A stretch of DNA of 64,000 nucleotides from Armatimonadota bacterium (GTDB lineage: Bacteria; Armatimonadota; Chthonomonadetes; Chthonomonadales; CAJBBX01): positions 2,509 through 66,508 of the forward strand of contig JAPLCQ010000089.1 in assembly GCA_026392115.1 (NCBI GenBank), in the 5' to 3' direction. The notes under the pieces were generated by a model. It searched no databases. It saw only the letters and a program-made list of their open reading frames with translations, and was not told the origin of the DNA. Both the position numbers and the translations under genes were made by a program. Shown here piece after piece: positions 53,671 through 62,546 of this stretch; position 1 is the stretch's first letter, and each line of letters starts with the position of its first letter.

Positions 53671-54798
53671 TTACCTTCCTTCCTCGAAGGCAATGTCGCA
53701 TCCGACCAGGGCCGTCCACTGTATGGCAGCGTAGACCTGTGCCACTGTCGTGATATTCGATGCCATTGAGCCGATGGGCACCAGTTCCTTCGGCAGTGAG
53801 GGCACCTTAAGGCCGGGGAATCTCTTGGCCCAATCCAGAATTCGACTGAGTTGTCCAATCTTACCAAATTGGTTCAGAGAGTTAATGCTTTGGAGTCTAC
53901 CGCTCAGGCTCTGCACAAACCGATCCGTAATGGTGGCGAGACCCGTGAACCACTGTAGGAGTGCTTGGCTCAGGAGATCCCACGCAGGGTCGGTGACGCC
54001 GCCTTGACCGGTGAAGTCACCCCTGACCGTTGGGGCACACGCGGAGTAGCACATCCAGTTACGGCCCTGTCGCCCCTCGTCTTCACTCACAAACGTCCCG
54101 GTCACAGGATCCATCCACCGCGCCCGCATGTAGATCAGCCCGGTATCATCCTCGGTCGGATGCCCCAGCGCGCCGACATACGCGTGCTTGCTGGTAGGCG
54201 AGCCCTGGGTGGCTCTCGGCGCGCCGTAGACGTCCATCTGGCGCGCGCCGGTTATGTACCCGGTTGAGCTCACTTCGGCGAGTACCGAACCCAGCCCGTC
54301 GTAGCAGTACCAGGTCACCTGCGCGTTCTGGCCTAAGCCCGCGCGCCGATACTCCGGTCCGCGTGGGCCGCAGAGGTAGGTCACCTGACCTGCGTTCTCA
54401 CCGCCGGTGGTGTTCTCACGGATCACCATAGAGCTGTCGAGGGTGTACTGGGTTGTTACCTGGCCGTCCAGCACTGTCTGGCGCCGGAGGCCGTCCGCGC
54501 CGTACGTGAACGCGCTGGTGTGCTGCGCGGTGACGCAGGTTCGGAGCCGGTTCTGGCTGTCCCATGTGTTCGCGCGGCCACCACCGGTGAGCTGGTTGCC
54601 GTTGGCGTCATTGGTGTAGGCCTGACGGTTGCGGCTCACGAGCGTGTTCGTTGTGCTGTTGCCGTGAGTCTCCGTAGTCTCTCGCTCCGTCATCGTCAGG
54701 CAGTAGCCCGTGTTGTCGAGCCGTGTAGCCGTGCTGTCATCGCGCAAGCCGCACAGGACCGACAGTACGCCGGGATTGGTCAGCTCTGGCGCGGTCAT
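53671..54798 (-). CDS. Orphan Rhs C-terminal module 4 (partial YD/core region plus unrelated toxin tip)
   Basis: YTNDANGNQLTGGGRANTWDSQNRL...IYMRARWMDPVTGTFVSED is homologous to the main Rhs gene. The last ~110 aa are unique and visibly less GC-rich. Its ATG overlaps the stop of the upstream immunity gene (ATGA). Confidence 0.7.
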   Translation of the reverse strand: MTAPELTNPGVLSVLCGLRDDSTATRLDNTGYCLTMTERETTETHGNSTTNTLVSRNRQAYTNDANGNQLTGGGRANTWDSQNRLRTCVTAQHTSAFTYGADGLRRQTVLDGQVTTQYTLDSSMVIRENTTGGENAGQVTYLCGPRGPEYRRAGLGQNAQVTWYCYDGLGSVLAEVSSTGYITGARQMDVYGAPRATQGSPTSKHAYVGALGHPTEDDTGLIYMRARWMDPVTGTFVSEDEGRQGRNWMCYSACAPTVRGDFTGQGGVTDPAWDLLSQALLQWFTGLATITDRFVQSLSGRLQSINSLNQFGKIGQLSRILDWAKRFPGLKVPSLPKELVPIGSMASNITTVAQVYAAIQWTALVGCDIAFEEGR

Positions 54799-55310
54799 GG
54801 AGCCTCGGACGCCGGTACGGGACTGATCGCGCAGTCCTCCCGCGATGGCGGTCTAGAGCAGAGAGCCATGCCTACGCCGGCTGGCAGGCCATGGACTGGG
54901 AAGTCCAGGGAGTAATCCGGGAACAGGTCCAACCTAATCACATTCCCGGGATACCGTCGGGCCATGTGCCGGCAGACGCGCAGAGCAGGAGAAGTAGACA
55001 GCCATATTGGCAGGGCCAGACCGCCTCGCCTTGAGGTAACGCGCTGCTCAGCCAGGAAAGCGAGGATACCATCCGCTTCGGGTTCTGTGAAAAGCGCTAA
55101 TGACAAGGCGACGGCCGCGTCTCTTTGAAATTCGTCAAGATCCTCGTAGTTACCGACAATTAGCTCTACGGGCAGAAGCAGGGTGTTCCTTGTTGGGTGG
55201 TACCAGTATATGGGCTGGTAGGAGTCCATGTGCCCTAGCCTGCCGAAGGAATACGGCGCGCACAGGCTGGTCATCTCTACGGAATCTCTGGAAGCGCGTT
55301 CACATTGCAT
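54795..55310 (-). CDS. Predicted immunity protein for orphan tip 3 (paralog of 58242..58712)
   Basis: CAPYSFGRLGHM..PIYWYHP...VHGLPAGV parallels CSPYSFASLGMM..PIYWYDP...IWGLPAGV in 58242..58712. It lies directly downstream of the matching toxin tip. Confidence 0.65.
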   Translation of the reverse strand: MQCERASRDSVEMTSLCAPYSFGRLGHMDSYQPIYWYHPTRNTLLLPVELIVGNYEDLDEFQRDAAVALSLALFTEPEADGILAFLAEQRVTSRRGGLALPIWLSTSPALRVCRHMARRYPGNVIRLDLFPDYSLDFPVHGLPAGVGMALCSRPPSREDCAISPVPASEAP

Positions 55311-55347
55311 CTTGTCGGTACTCCTGCCTCGCTGATGTCGTGCACCA

Positions 55348-56302
55348 TCACTGCAGCAGCCAGTAGATCATCGTGAAGTTACCCCAATTGTTGAGTTCTC
55401 CTTTGTCTCCCATGGCTGTAATCGCCCGAACGGCCGTCTCCATCAGTTTGGACCCCGCAGCTGATCCTGCCACTCCCTGGAACCAGATGTTGCCGATGCC
55501 CTGACCGCTCGCCCATGCTCGCAGGGCGGCCAGCATTGTTCGCAGCGGGATGAAGCCTGTGTTCGCGGACTGTACAAGGCGAACCTCGATCATCAGGGCA
55601 TCGCTCGTTGCCGAGACCACAGCCGCCTCGACACTTACCGTTCCTCCTGTACCGATGGTGAGGTTGCCGCCTGTCCCAACGGAGATGGAGCTCAGCGTTT
55701 CGCCGCAACCGGTCGGGTCGTAGAATGTTATCGGGTTGGTCGGGCAATAGACATGCCAGTTCGCCCCGTCCCTCGCCGGATCCTCACTCACAAACGTCCC
55801 GGTGACCGGGTCCATCCAACGGGCCCGCATGTAGATGAGGCCCGTGTCGTCCTCCGTCGGATGCCCCAGCGCGCCGACATACGCGTGCTTGCTGGTAGGC
55901 GCGCCCTGCGAGGCCCGTAGCGCGCCGTAGACGTCCATCTGGCGGGCGCCGGTGATGGTGCCGGTTGAGCTCACTTCGGCCAGGACCGAGCCCAAGCCGT
56001 CATAGCAGTACCACCGGACCTCCGTGGTCTGGCCCAAGCCCGTGCGCCGGTACTCGGGGCCGCGCGGGCCGCAGAGGTACGTCACCTGGCCGGCGTTCAC
56101 GCCTCCTGTGGTGTTCTCCCGGATCACCATGGAGCTGTCGAGGGTGTACCGGGTCGTCGCCTGCCCGTCCAGCACGGTCTGGCGGCGGAGCCCGTCCGCG
56201 GCGTAGGTGAAGGCGCTGGTGTGCTGCGCGGTCACGCACTGCCGCAGCCGGTTCTGGCTGTCCCACGTGTTCGCCCGGCCACCGCCCGTGAGCTGGTTGC
56301 CC
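55348..56302 (-). pseudogene. Orphan Rhs C-terminal module 3 (5'-truncated; same toxin family as the main gene)
   Basis: Homology to the main gene starts at GNQLTGGGRANTWDSQNRLRQC (about 56301). The ORF upstream of that is unrelated, overlaps the preceding gene and has no convincing start. The toxin tip is similar to that of 58720..60399. Confidence 0.65.
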
Positions 56303-56423
56303 GATGCAGGCGCCACAGTGGGAGATAACCTGACGTGAGGCCGCCAGCCAACGGACCGGACACGGGCCGGGGGTTGGCCTCGTTCCGTCGCAGCCGTGGC
56401 TGGGCCATGGTACGGGGCTGCCA

Positions 56424-57326
56424 CTACTCGGCACCTTCCGTGGTCTCCAACCGTACCTCTGCACAGCTGGGCGGCAGCACCTCGGAATTGCCCTCGTTGA
56501 ACCGCAGTGCGCCGTCCCAAGCCACGCAGCGGTAGAGCGCAATATCGTACCCAGAGCAGAAGCGCTTCAGCCTGCCCAACAGGGCGCCGGCTTCTGAGCG
56601 GCTCATAGCCACAACAAGGTCACTGAAGTCGTCGCCATATCCCGTCGCAACCCAGCGCGGCGCTCGGTCGCCGACCGTCCACATGCTCCATACCGCTGCA
56701 AAGGGACCTTCAGTGTACATAATGCCACATTGAGCGGCGGTCTGCGGGTCACGGAAGCGAACTCGATACGCCCGCTTCCCTATCCGCGCATCTCGTCCGA
56801 GAAGCCGACGCGCCCTCTCAGACCATTCCGCCACTGTTGGCTCGATCATCTCTCCCGCAGGTGTCGTGTCCGTATGGCCCTGGTAGCAGAGGTCCAACAG
56901 GCCGAAGCTGTTGCGAACCTCCAAGACCGGCTCTGGTAGGCCCTCACCGAGCGCAAAGCACAGGTTGGCCAGCACCTCCATGCCGTTCAGAGCGAACGGG
57001 TACCAGCGAGTCCTCGCGTAGACAACCGACGGATGGTCGGGTGCCACGTCATGCCACTCGACCGTGGCGCCGGATTCGCTCCGGACGATAACGTCCACCT
57101 GGTGTTCTTGTTCGACGCGGCGCCAGTACGCCGCATCGGCCGGACTCACGCATCCCCACGGGGCGCCTGGGCCGCCGTGAAGCAGTAGGAATACGGGGTC
57201 GCGGAACCGACACAGCGGCCACGACGGGCCTGACCATACGTCCTTTGCGCCGTACGCAGATCGAGGCAAGAGGTTGTAGAACCAGCTTACGCGAGCCACA
57301 GAACTACCTCGAAGCCGACTGGGCAT
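56424..57326 (-). CDS. Predicted immunity protein for orphan tip 2 (300 aa, family unknown)
   Basis: Ordinary composition, located directly downstream of toxin tip 2 on the same strand. No family recognised. Confidence 0.55.
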   Translation of the reverse strand: MPSRLRGSSVARVSWFYNLLPRSAYGAKDVWSGPSWPLCRFRDPVFLLLHGGPGAPWGCVSPADAAYWRRVEQEHQVDVIVRSESGATVEWHDVAPDHPSVVYARTRWYPFALNGMEVLANLCFALGEGLPEPVLEVRNSFGLLDLCYQGHTDTTPAGEMIEPTVAEWSERARRLLGRDARIGKRAYRVRFRDPQTAAQCGIMYTEGPFAAVWSMWTVGDRAPRWVATGYGDDFSDLVVAMSRSEAGALLGRLKRFCSGYDIALYRCVAWDGALRFNEGNSEVLPPSCAEVRLETTEGAE

Positions 57327-57423
57327 GGCGGCCCGGACAGTAACCCCGCTGCTCGCGACCGCCCGGCGCCGCCCACGCTGCCGTCCACGTCTCGGGCAGT
57401 GGCACCTGCTCGGCTCATGAGTA

Positions 57424-58224
57424 TCACGGGCACAATGCGTCTAGGATGGTCTGTAGAGCCGGGATCATCCTGGCCGCGAAATGATGATCGACGCCGAAGT
57501 TCGGTCCGGATGCGGTATGCTTGACAATCCACGTACCACCTTCGTTACACATACGAAATAGCGTCTCCTTGCCAGCGCTATTGCCGAACCTAATCCCCAA
57601 GTTGCCAGCCCTATCGAAGCCAAAGTTAAGCACATCATCGAGGAACTGGTAGTGCCCTTGTAACGCCTCGGCCAACTGCTGCGCAGACCCCTTGACTGCC
57701 TGTGCCGCTGCGTTTCCGCCCGCCGAACTGCCCACATCTTCGGCGGTGGCGAAATTGACCTCCAGCAAGGTCGAGGCAAGCCCCGATGAGTCCACCGAGT
57801 TGCATGGATCAGATTGGCAGTATGCGTACCAGTTATGTGTCTCCTTGCCAGGATCCTCGCTGACAAACGTCCCCGTCACCGGATCCATCCATCTGGCCCG
57901 CATGTAGATCAGTCCGCTGTCGTCCTCGGTCGGATGGCCGAGCGCGCCGACATACGCGTGCTTGCTCGTCGGCGTGCCCTGCGTCGCCCTCGGCGCGCCG
58001 TAGACGTCCGCCTGGCGCGCGCCGGTTATGGTGCCGGTCGGGCTCACTTCGGCGAGTACGGAGCCGAGGCCGTCCCTTCGTTCCTCAGGGCGGGCTCCAC
58101 AGTACCACCAGACCTGCGTGGTCTGACCCACGCCCGCGCGCCGGTACTCGGGGCCGCGCGGGCCGCAGAGGTAAGTGACCTTCGGAACGAGCGGGTTGGT
58201 CGGCGAGTTGTCGCCACGCGCCAT
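57424..58224 (-). CDS. Orphan Rhs C-terminal module 2 (core end plus distinct toxin tip)
   Basis: Homology to the main gene starts at VTYLCGPRGPEYRR. IYMRARWMDPVTGTFVSEDP and YAYCQSDPCNSVDSSGL are followed by a unique ~110-aa tip. The first in-frame ATG after the upstream gene is 58224. Confidence 0.6.
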   Translation of the reverse strand: MARGDNSPTNPLVPKVTYLCGPRGPEYRRAGVGQTTQVWWYCGARPEERRDGLGSVLAEVSPTGTITGARQADVYGAPRATQGTPTSKHAYVGALGHPTEDDSGLIYMRARWMDPVTGTFVSEDPGKETHNWYAYCQSDPCNSVDSSGLASTLLEVNFATAEDVGSSAGGNAAAQAVKGSAQQLAEALQGHYQFLDDVLNFGFDRAGNLGIRFGNSAGKETLFRMCNEGGTWIVKHTASGPNFGVDHHFAARMIPALQTILDALCP

Positions 58225-58241
58225 GTGCGCCGCCGAGATTG

Positions 58242-58712
58242 TCATTCCTGCGCCACTCCTGCCGGCAGGCCCCAGATGGGGCGGCCCCGCCAATCCGGAG
58301 CAATGTCGCTGAGACTGATCACGTATGCTCCATTCGCTGCCCGAAGGCGGAAGGCCGTAGGGCTATAGGACACCCCGCGCGACGGGGTAGACACATACAA
58401 AGGGAGAGTGAGCGCGCCAACGCGCGTCGGCACGCCAGCGCGAGTCAGCGCCTCCGATATGGCTGCGGCCTCAGGGCATGCAAGAAACCCCAGAACCATC
58501 TCCCTCGCGTTGTGTTGGACGTCACTTGGCAGGCTCGAGTAGTTCTGGACGGCCGCTTCAAAGGCTACCAGCGGCTCATTCGCATACGGGTCATACCAGT
58601 AGATCGGTGCGGCGCGCGCCATCATGCCAAGGCTGGCGAACGAGTAAGGAGAGCATACAGGGGCGTCACACCGATCGCTCACATTCGCGCGACATGGAAA
58701 CGGTTGGCTCAT
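58242..58712 (-). CDS. Predicted immunity protein of the main Rhs toxin
   Basis: Starts 8 nt downstream of the Rhs stop on the same strand. Paralog of 54795..55310. Confidence 0.65.
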   Translation of the reverse strand: MSQPFPCRANVSDRCDAPVCSPYSFASLGMMARAAPIYWYDPYANEPLVAFEAAVQNYSSLPSDVQHNAREMVLGFLACPEAAAISEALTRAGVPTRVGALTLPLYVSTPSRGVSYSPTAFRLRAANGAYVISLSDIAPDWRGRPIWGLPAGVAQE

Positions 58713-58719
58713 GCGGATA

Positions 58720-60399
58720 TCACTGAATCAGCCAATAAAGCAAAGTAAATGGGTCATTGGCCTGCAGGCCGCCCTTGTCTCCCATCGCGTTGATGACCCG
58801 AACTGCTGTTTCCATCAGCTTCTGGCCATTCTCGGATCCCGCTACCGCTTGCATGTAGATGCTGCTGATGCCCTGACCAGTCGCCCATGCCCGCAGGGCG
58901 GCCAGCATTGTTCGCAGCGGGATGAAGCCCGTGTTCGCGGACTGCACAAGACAAACCTCGATCGCTAGTGTATCGCTCGTCACCGAGACCACGGCCGCCT
59001 CGACACTTACCGTTCCTCCTGTACCGATGGTGAGGCTGCCGCCTGTCCCCACCGAGATGGAGCCCAGCGTTTCGCCGCAACCGGACGGGTCGTAGCATGT
59101 GATAGGGTTGGTCGGGCAGTACCCAAACCAGTTCGCCCCATCCTGCGCCGGATCCTCGCTCACAAACGTCCCGGTCACCGGATCCATCCACCGCGCCCGC
59201 ATGTAGATGAGGCCGGTGTCGTCCTCGGTCGGGTGCCCCAGCGCGCCAACGAACGCCTGCTTGCTTGTCGGCGCACCTTGCGTCGCCCTTGGCGCGCCGT
59301 AGACGTCCATCTGGCGTGCACCGGTGATATAGCCGGTGCTACTCACCTCGGCCAGCACCGAGCCCAAACCGTCATAGCAGTACCAGGTCACCTGCGCGTT
59401 CTGGCCCAAGCCCGTCCGGCGGTACTCCGGTCCGCGTGGCCCGCAGAGGTAGGTCACCTGCCCGGCGTTCACGCCGCCGGCTGTGTTCTCCCGGATGACC
59501 ATGGAGCTGTCGAGGGTGTACCGGGTCGTTGCCTGCCCATCCAGCACCGTCTGGCGCCGGAGGCCGTCGGCTGCGTAGGTGAAGGCGCTGGTGTGCTGCG
59601 CGGTGACGCACTGCCGCAGCCTGTTTTGGCTGTCCCACGTGTTCGCCCGGCCGCCGCCGGTGAGCTGGTTGCCGTTGTCGTCGTTGGTGTAGGTGTTCGC
59701 GCCTCGGGTGAGAAGCATGTTGGCTTCGTTGTAGGACGAGAGCTCGCGCGTCAGCCCATCGTGCTGCAGCGATGTACGGTTACCCATGGCGTCGAACGCG
59801 TAGTTCTGCCAGTGCGCGTCGCCGTAGTTGGCGGACACCAGCCGGTTCTGCAGGTCATAGCCGTACGTCTCGGTGCGAGAGACCGGCGTGGGGGTGTTGA
59901 CCAGGATCGCGTTCGTCGCGCGCAGGCCGAGCAGCGTGTAGGTGTAGTCGTTCCGGGTCAGAACCACCGGGTCGAGCAAGCCGCTCTTGTAGGTGTTCAG
60001 CACCGTCACCAGGCGGCCGTGGGTATACCCCGAGCCGTTACGGTCAGCCGTATACTCCGCCTTCTGGTAGCAGGGCTGGCCCATCATGTCCTGGCTCTTG
60101 TTGCCCACCACCCGGTATGTGAAGCCGGAGGGGTCGATGGAGTAGTCCACCTGGCGGCTCTGCTCGTCGGTGATCCTGCTGAGAAGCGGGCAGACGCTGT
60201 TGGGATCGTCCTTCGGAAGGCAGATGCGGGCCGTGGTCTCGGGGTCCTGGTACTGGTAGGTCCAGGGCAGCGTCTCACCCGGCAGCGTCATGGTCGCGCG
60301 CTCGCCGGTTGCCGGCGTCACCGCCAGCGTCACCAGCGTCAGGCTTAGTATCCACGCGATGTGCCGGAAAGCTCTGTGGCGGCGGATCAGCTGATGCAT
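58720..60399 (-). CDS. Compact Rhs/YD-repeat protein with an N-terminal signal/TM segment and C-terminal toxin tip
   Basis: YD-type repeats (YGYDLQNRL, YAFDAMGNR, YTNDDNGNQL, FTYAADGLR). The Rhs core end is IYMRARWMDPVTGTFVSEDP..YCPTNPITCYDPSG. I place the start at ATG 60399 (ggagtgttccagATG), giving MHQLIRRHRAFRHIAWILSLTLVTLAVTPA. Confidence 0.8.
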   Translation of the reverse strand: MHQLIRRHRAFRHIAWILSLTLVTLAVTPATGERATMTLPGETLPWTYQYQDPETTARICLPKDDPNSVCPLLSRITDEQSRQVDYSIDPSGFTYRVVGNKSQDMMGQPCYQKAEYTADRNGSGYTHGRLVTVLNTYKSGLLDPVVLTRNDYTYTLLGLRATNAILVNTPTPVSRTETYGYDLQNRLVSANYGDAHWQNYAFDAMGNRTSLQHDGLTRELSSYNEANMLLTRGANTYTNDDNGNQLTGGGRANTWDSQNRLRQCVTAQHTSAFTYAADGLRRQTVLDGQATTRYTLDSSMVIRENTAGGVNAGQVTYLCGPRGPEYRRTGLGQNAQVTWYCYDGLGSVLAEVSSTGYITGARQMDVYGAPRATQGAPTSKQAFVGALGHPTEDDTGLIYMRARWMDPVTGTFVSEDPAQDGANWFGYCPTNPITCYDPSGCGETLGSISVGTGGSLTIGTGGTVSVEAAVVSVTSDTLAIEVCLVQSANTGFIPLRTMLAALRAWATGQGISSIYMQAVAGSENGQKLMETAVRVINAMGDKGGLQANDPFTLLYWLIQ

Positions 60400-60513
60400 C
60401 TGGAACACTCCGATGAGCGCGCACGGCAGCGCAGGGACAACGACAACGGCGGCGACAACCGCGACCGACCACCTGGGCGAAGGCAAAACGGAACTAATAC
60501 GGCTATGGGCCCC

Positions 60514-60542
60514 ATTCTAGCGAGTGACAACGGGTTTGTCAA
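60514..60542 (-). promoter_or_regulatory. Near-consensus sigma70-type promoter for the Rhs operon
   Basis: The minus strand reads TTGACA, a 17-nt spacer (aacccgttgtcactcgc), then TAGAAT. It lies about 110 nt upstream of ATG 60399. Confidence 0.6.
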
Positions 60543-60615
60543 GACACCCCGGTCTCACTGCGTTGCCGCAACGCTCACGGGGCGAGTGGGCGGCGGAACG
60601 TGACATGCCGGTGAC

Positions 60616-60835
60616 GTCATCCTGAAGCCCCGCAGGGGCTGTAGGATCCCCCGAACGGACCCGGAAGCCCCGTTCGCCCGACAGGGCTGCCGCTCGACCA
60701 CGGGGGATCCTTCACAGCGTTCAGGATGACGGCAGAGGCTTGACCGTGTTGACCGTGCTGACGACCGTCAACGGCGTCAACGCGGTCACCGGCGTCAAAG
60801 GCGTTCCCGGCTTCGACGCCGTCAAAGGCCTCTAC
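60616..60835. repeat. Dispersed composite repeat, copy f; also the left part of the right-hand ~375-bp direct repeat (60616..60992)
   Basis: Core gtcatcctgaag...ttcaggatgac (60616..60730) plus a nonamer array. Collinear with 51381..51595. Confidence 0.8.
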
Positions 60836-60846
60836 GGCGCCCACGC

Positions 60847-62115
60847 CTATGGCCGGACGGGTATCGGCTCGCTCATGGGGCGGCGTTCGCGCAGCATCCG
60901 GATGCCCTCGCGCGTGAGGCGCAGGTACCAGTCGCCGGGCATGCCCTCCAGCGTGTCGAAGTGGCCCTCCACCGGCGGCGTGTCGCTTACCTTGAAGAGG
61001 GCGGTGCCTTCGTCGACCTCATCGAACATGGCGAGGTAGACCGACTGCTGCTTCATGCGGGCCAGCGTGACGAACTGCTCCCAGTAGAACTCGCCCTTGC
61101 GCCGCTCGATGGTGGAAGAGCCGGGCGGCTGCCGCGTGAGGTTGTCCCAGCCGAAGCCGGGGTAGACGGTGGGAACCCAGGCGACGCCGGAGCGGGCCAG
61201 CTCCTTGCGGTCTTCCTCCCACATCTGGGTGGAGGCGCGCTTGCGCTTCTGGGCGTCCAGCGTGTAGTTGCCGATGTTCCAGATGCAGTAGGCGTCGAAG
61301 CGGCGGACGGTGGTCTGCCAGGCGGGGTCGTCGTGCCGCCGCCAGTCCCTGTCGCCGCCGCCGATGAGATTGGCCTTGTAGGGGCCCTCCGCCTTGAAGA
61401 AGCCGATGAGGCGGTTGGCCAGCTCGGGGTTCATGAAGTTGGACCGATTGTTGCGGTAGAAGCCCCAGATGAGCGCCACGGGCAGGCCCTTCTCGTGGAC
61501 GTAGCGCCGGTCGCGCGTGACGCCGGCGTCGACGGTGCGCTTCCAGTCGGCGGTGAGCACGTCAAAGGTGCGATCGATGGGCATGGCGGCCACATCGTAG
61601 GCGATGGCCCAGACGCGGCCCGTGGCGGCCGCCGCCTTGCGCACGTTCTCGGCCACGCGGGAGAAGGAGGCGTGCTGGTTCTCCAGCGGGCCGCCCGGCA
61701 GGCCCACCACGAAGCGCTGGAGCCACGCGCCGTCGATCTCGTGGTCGCGCATCCAGCGGAAGTGGGTGCGGACGGTGGCGGTGTCCTCGGAGCTGAACAG
61801 CTCGGCCTGCTTGCCGTCGGGCAGGGCGAAGCCGGGCGCCGGGTAGCGCTGTTTTGGGCCGTACTCGCGCATGTCGGGCCACATCTCGAAGGTGAGCGTC
61901 TCGGGCGCGATGCGGCGGGCGTCGCGGCTCCAGTGGACCCAGCCGGTGTTCCAGGCGTCGCCGGGGCAGCGGAACCAGCCCTGGTAGCCGGCCATGATCT
62001 TGCCCTGCACGGTGGAGGCGTCCACCCGCGGCGGGGTGGAAGCCGGCGCGGCGGCGGAGATCGAACAGAACCCCGGCAACAGCGCAAGGGCGATGAGGCA
62101 AGCCGGCGATCGCAT
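60847..62115 (-). CDS. Secreted glycoside-hydrolase-like protein (family uncertain)
   Basis: I place the start at ATG 62115 (gggagcgcctccATG), giving the signal peptide MRSPACLIALALLPGFCSISAAAP. GYQGWF, WAIAYDV and YLAMFDEVDEGTA motifs are typical of a TIM-barrel hydrolase family I cannot name precisely. Confidence 0.7.
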   Translation of the reverse strand: MRSPACLIALALLPGFCSISAAAPASTPPRVDASTVQGKIMAGYQGWFRCPGDAWNTGWVHWSRDARRIAPETLTFEMWPDMREYGPKQRYPAPGFALPDGKQAELFSSEDTATVRTHFRWMRDHEIDGAWLQRFVVGLPGGPLENQHASFSRVAENVRKAAAATGRVWAIAYDVAAMPIDRTFDVLTADWKRTVDAGVTRDRRYVHEKGLPVALIWGFYRNNRSNFMNPELANRLIGFFKAEGPYKANLIGGGDRDWRRHDDPAWQTTVRRFDAYCIWNIGNYTLDAQKRKRASTQMWEEDRKELARSGVAWVPTVYPGFGWDNLTRQPPGSSTIERRKGEFYWEQFVTLARMKQQSVYLAMFDEVDEGTALFKVSDTPPVEGHFDTLEGMPGDWYLRLTREGIRMLRERRPMSEPIPVRP

Positions 62116-62174
62116 GGAGGCGCTCCCATCGATAGTTGCCGCCCGCGCACGGGACGACCGCCGCGAACTTCGGC

Positions 62175-62251
62175 CCGAGCGGCGCGGACTCCTGCACCGC
62201 ATGGTGGCCGTCCGGGCGTACACTAACAGCCAACTCGCCACGGAGGCGCCG
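62175..62251. repeat. 77-bp perfect direct repeat, left copy
   Basis: ccgagcggcgcggactcctgcaccgcatggtggccgtccgggcgtacactaacagccaactcgccacggaggcgccg is identical to 62799..62875. Confidence 0.95.
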
Positions 62252-62310
62252 TCCCGGGCCGCGGACTTGCAGCGGTCCAGCGCTGTGGAGCGCGCCGGCT
62301 CTTCGCCGGA

Positions 62311-62319
62311 TGGTAACAT
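62311..62319 (+). promoter_or_regulatory. Possible extended -10 (TGGTAACAT) for the hicB-like/hicA operon
   Basis: TGGTAACAT lies 21 nt upstream of ATG 62340. No clear -35. Confidence 0.3.
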
Positions 62320-62339
62320 GGTGGTGGGGGCACAAGGCG

Positions 62340-62546
62340 ATGGGAGAGATCATCTTCGTTGTTGAGGAGGCGCCTGAGGGCGGCTACACGGCGCGAGCGC
62401 TCGGCGAGTCGATCTTCACGGAAGCCGATACGATGCCGGAGTTGCGCGAGATGGTTCGGGACGCCGTGCGATGCCACTACCATCCTGGAAGCGGCCCGAC
62501 GACCATCCGTCTCCACCTCGTGAAACAGGAGGTCCTGGCCGCGTGA
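62340..62546 (+). CDS. hicB: HicB-like antitoxin (small UPF0150-type)
   Basis: IIFVVEEAPEGGYTARALGESIFTEADTMPELREMVRDAVRCHY matches the small HicB-like proteins that precede hicA genes. Confidence 0.65.
   Translation: MGEIIFVVEEAPEGGYTARALGESIFTEADTMPELREMVRDAVRCHYHPGSGPTTIRLHLVKQEVLAA

Noticed and set aside
56303-56520. N-terminal 73 codons of ORF 55348..56520 as a genuine start of orphan Rhs module 3
   Set aside because: This part has no similarity to the Rhs core, overlaps the 3' end of the upstream immunity gene and is Arg/Gly-rich. Homology to the main gene begins only at about 56301.
62136-62339. Upstream extension of the hicB-like ORF (ORF 62136..62546)
   Set aside because: The extension runs through the 77-bp duplicated host sequence and is Ala/Arg/Pro-rich. 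The homologous HicB-like sequence begins at MGEIIF (ATG 62340).
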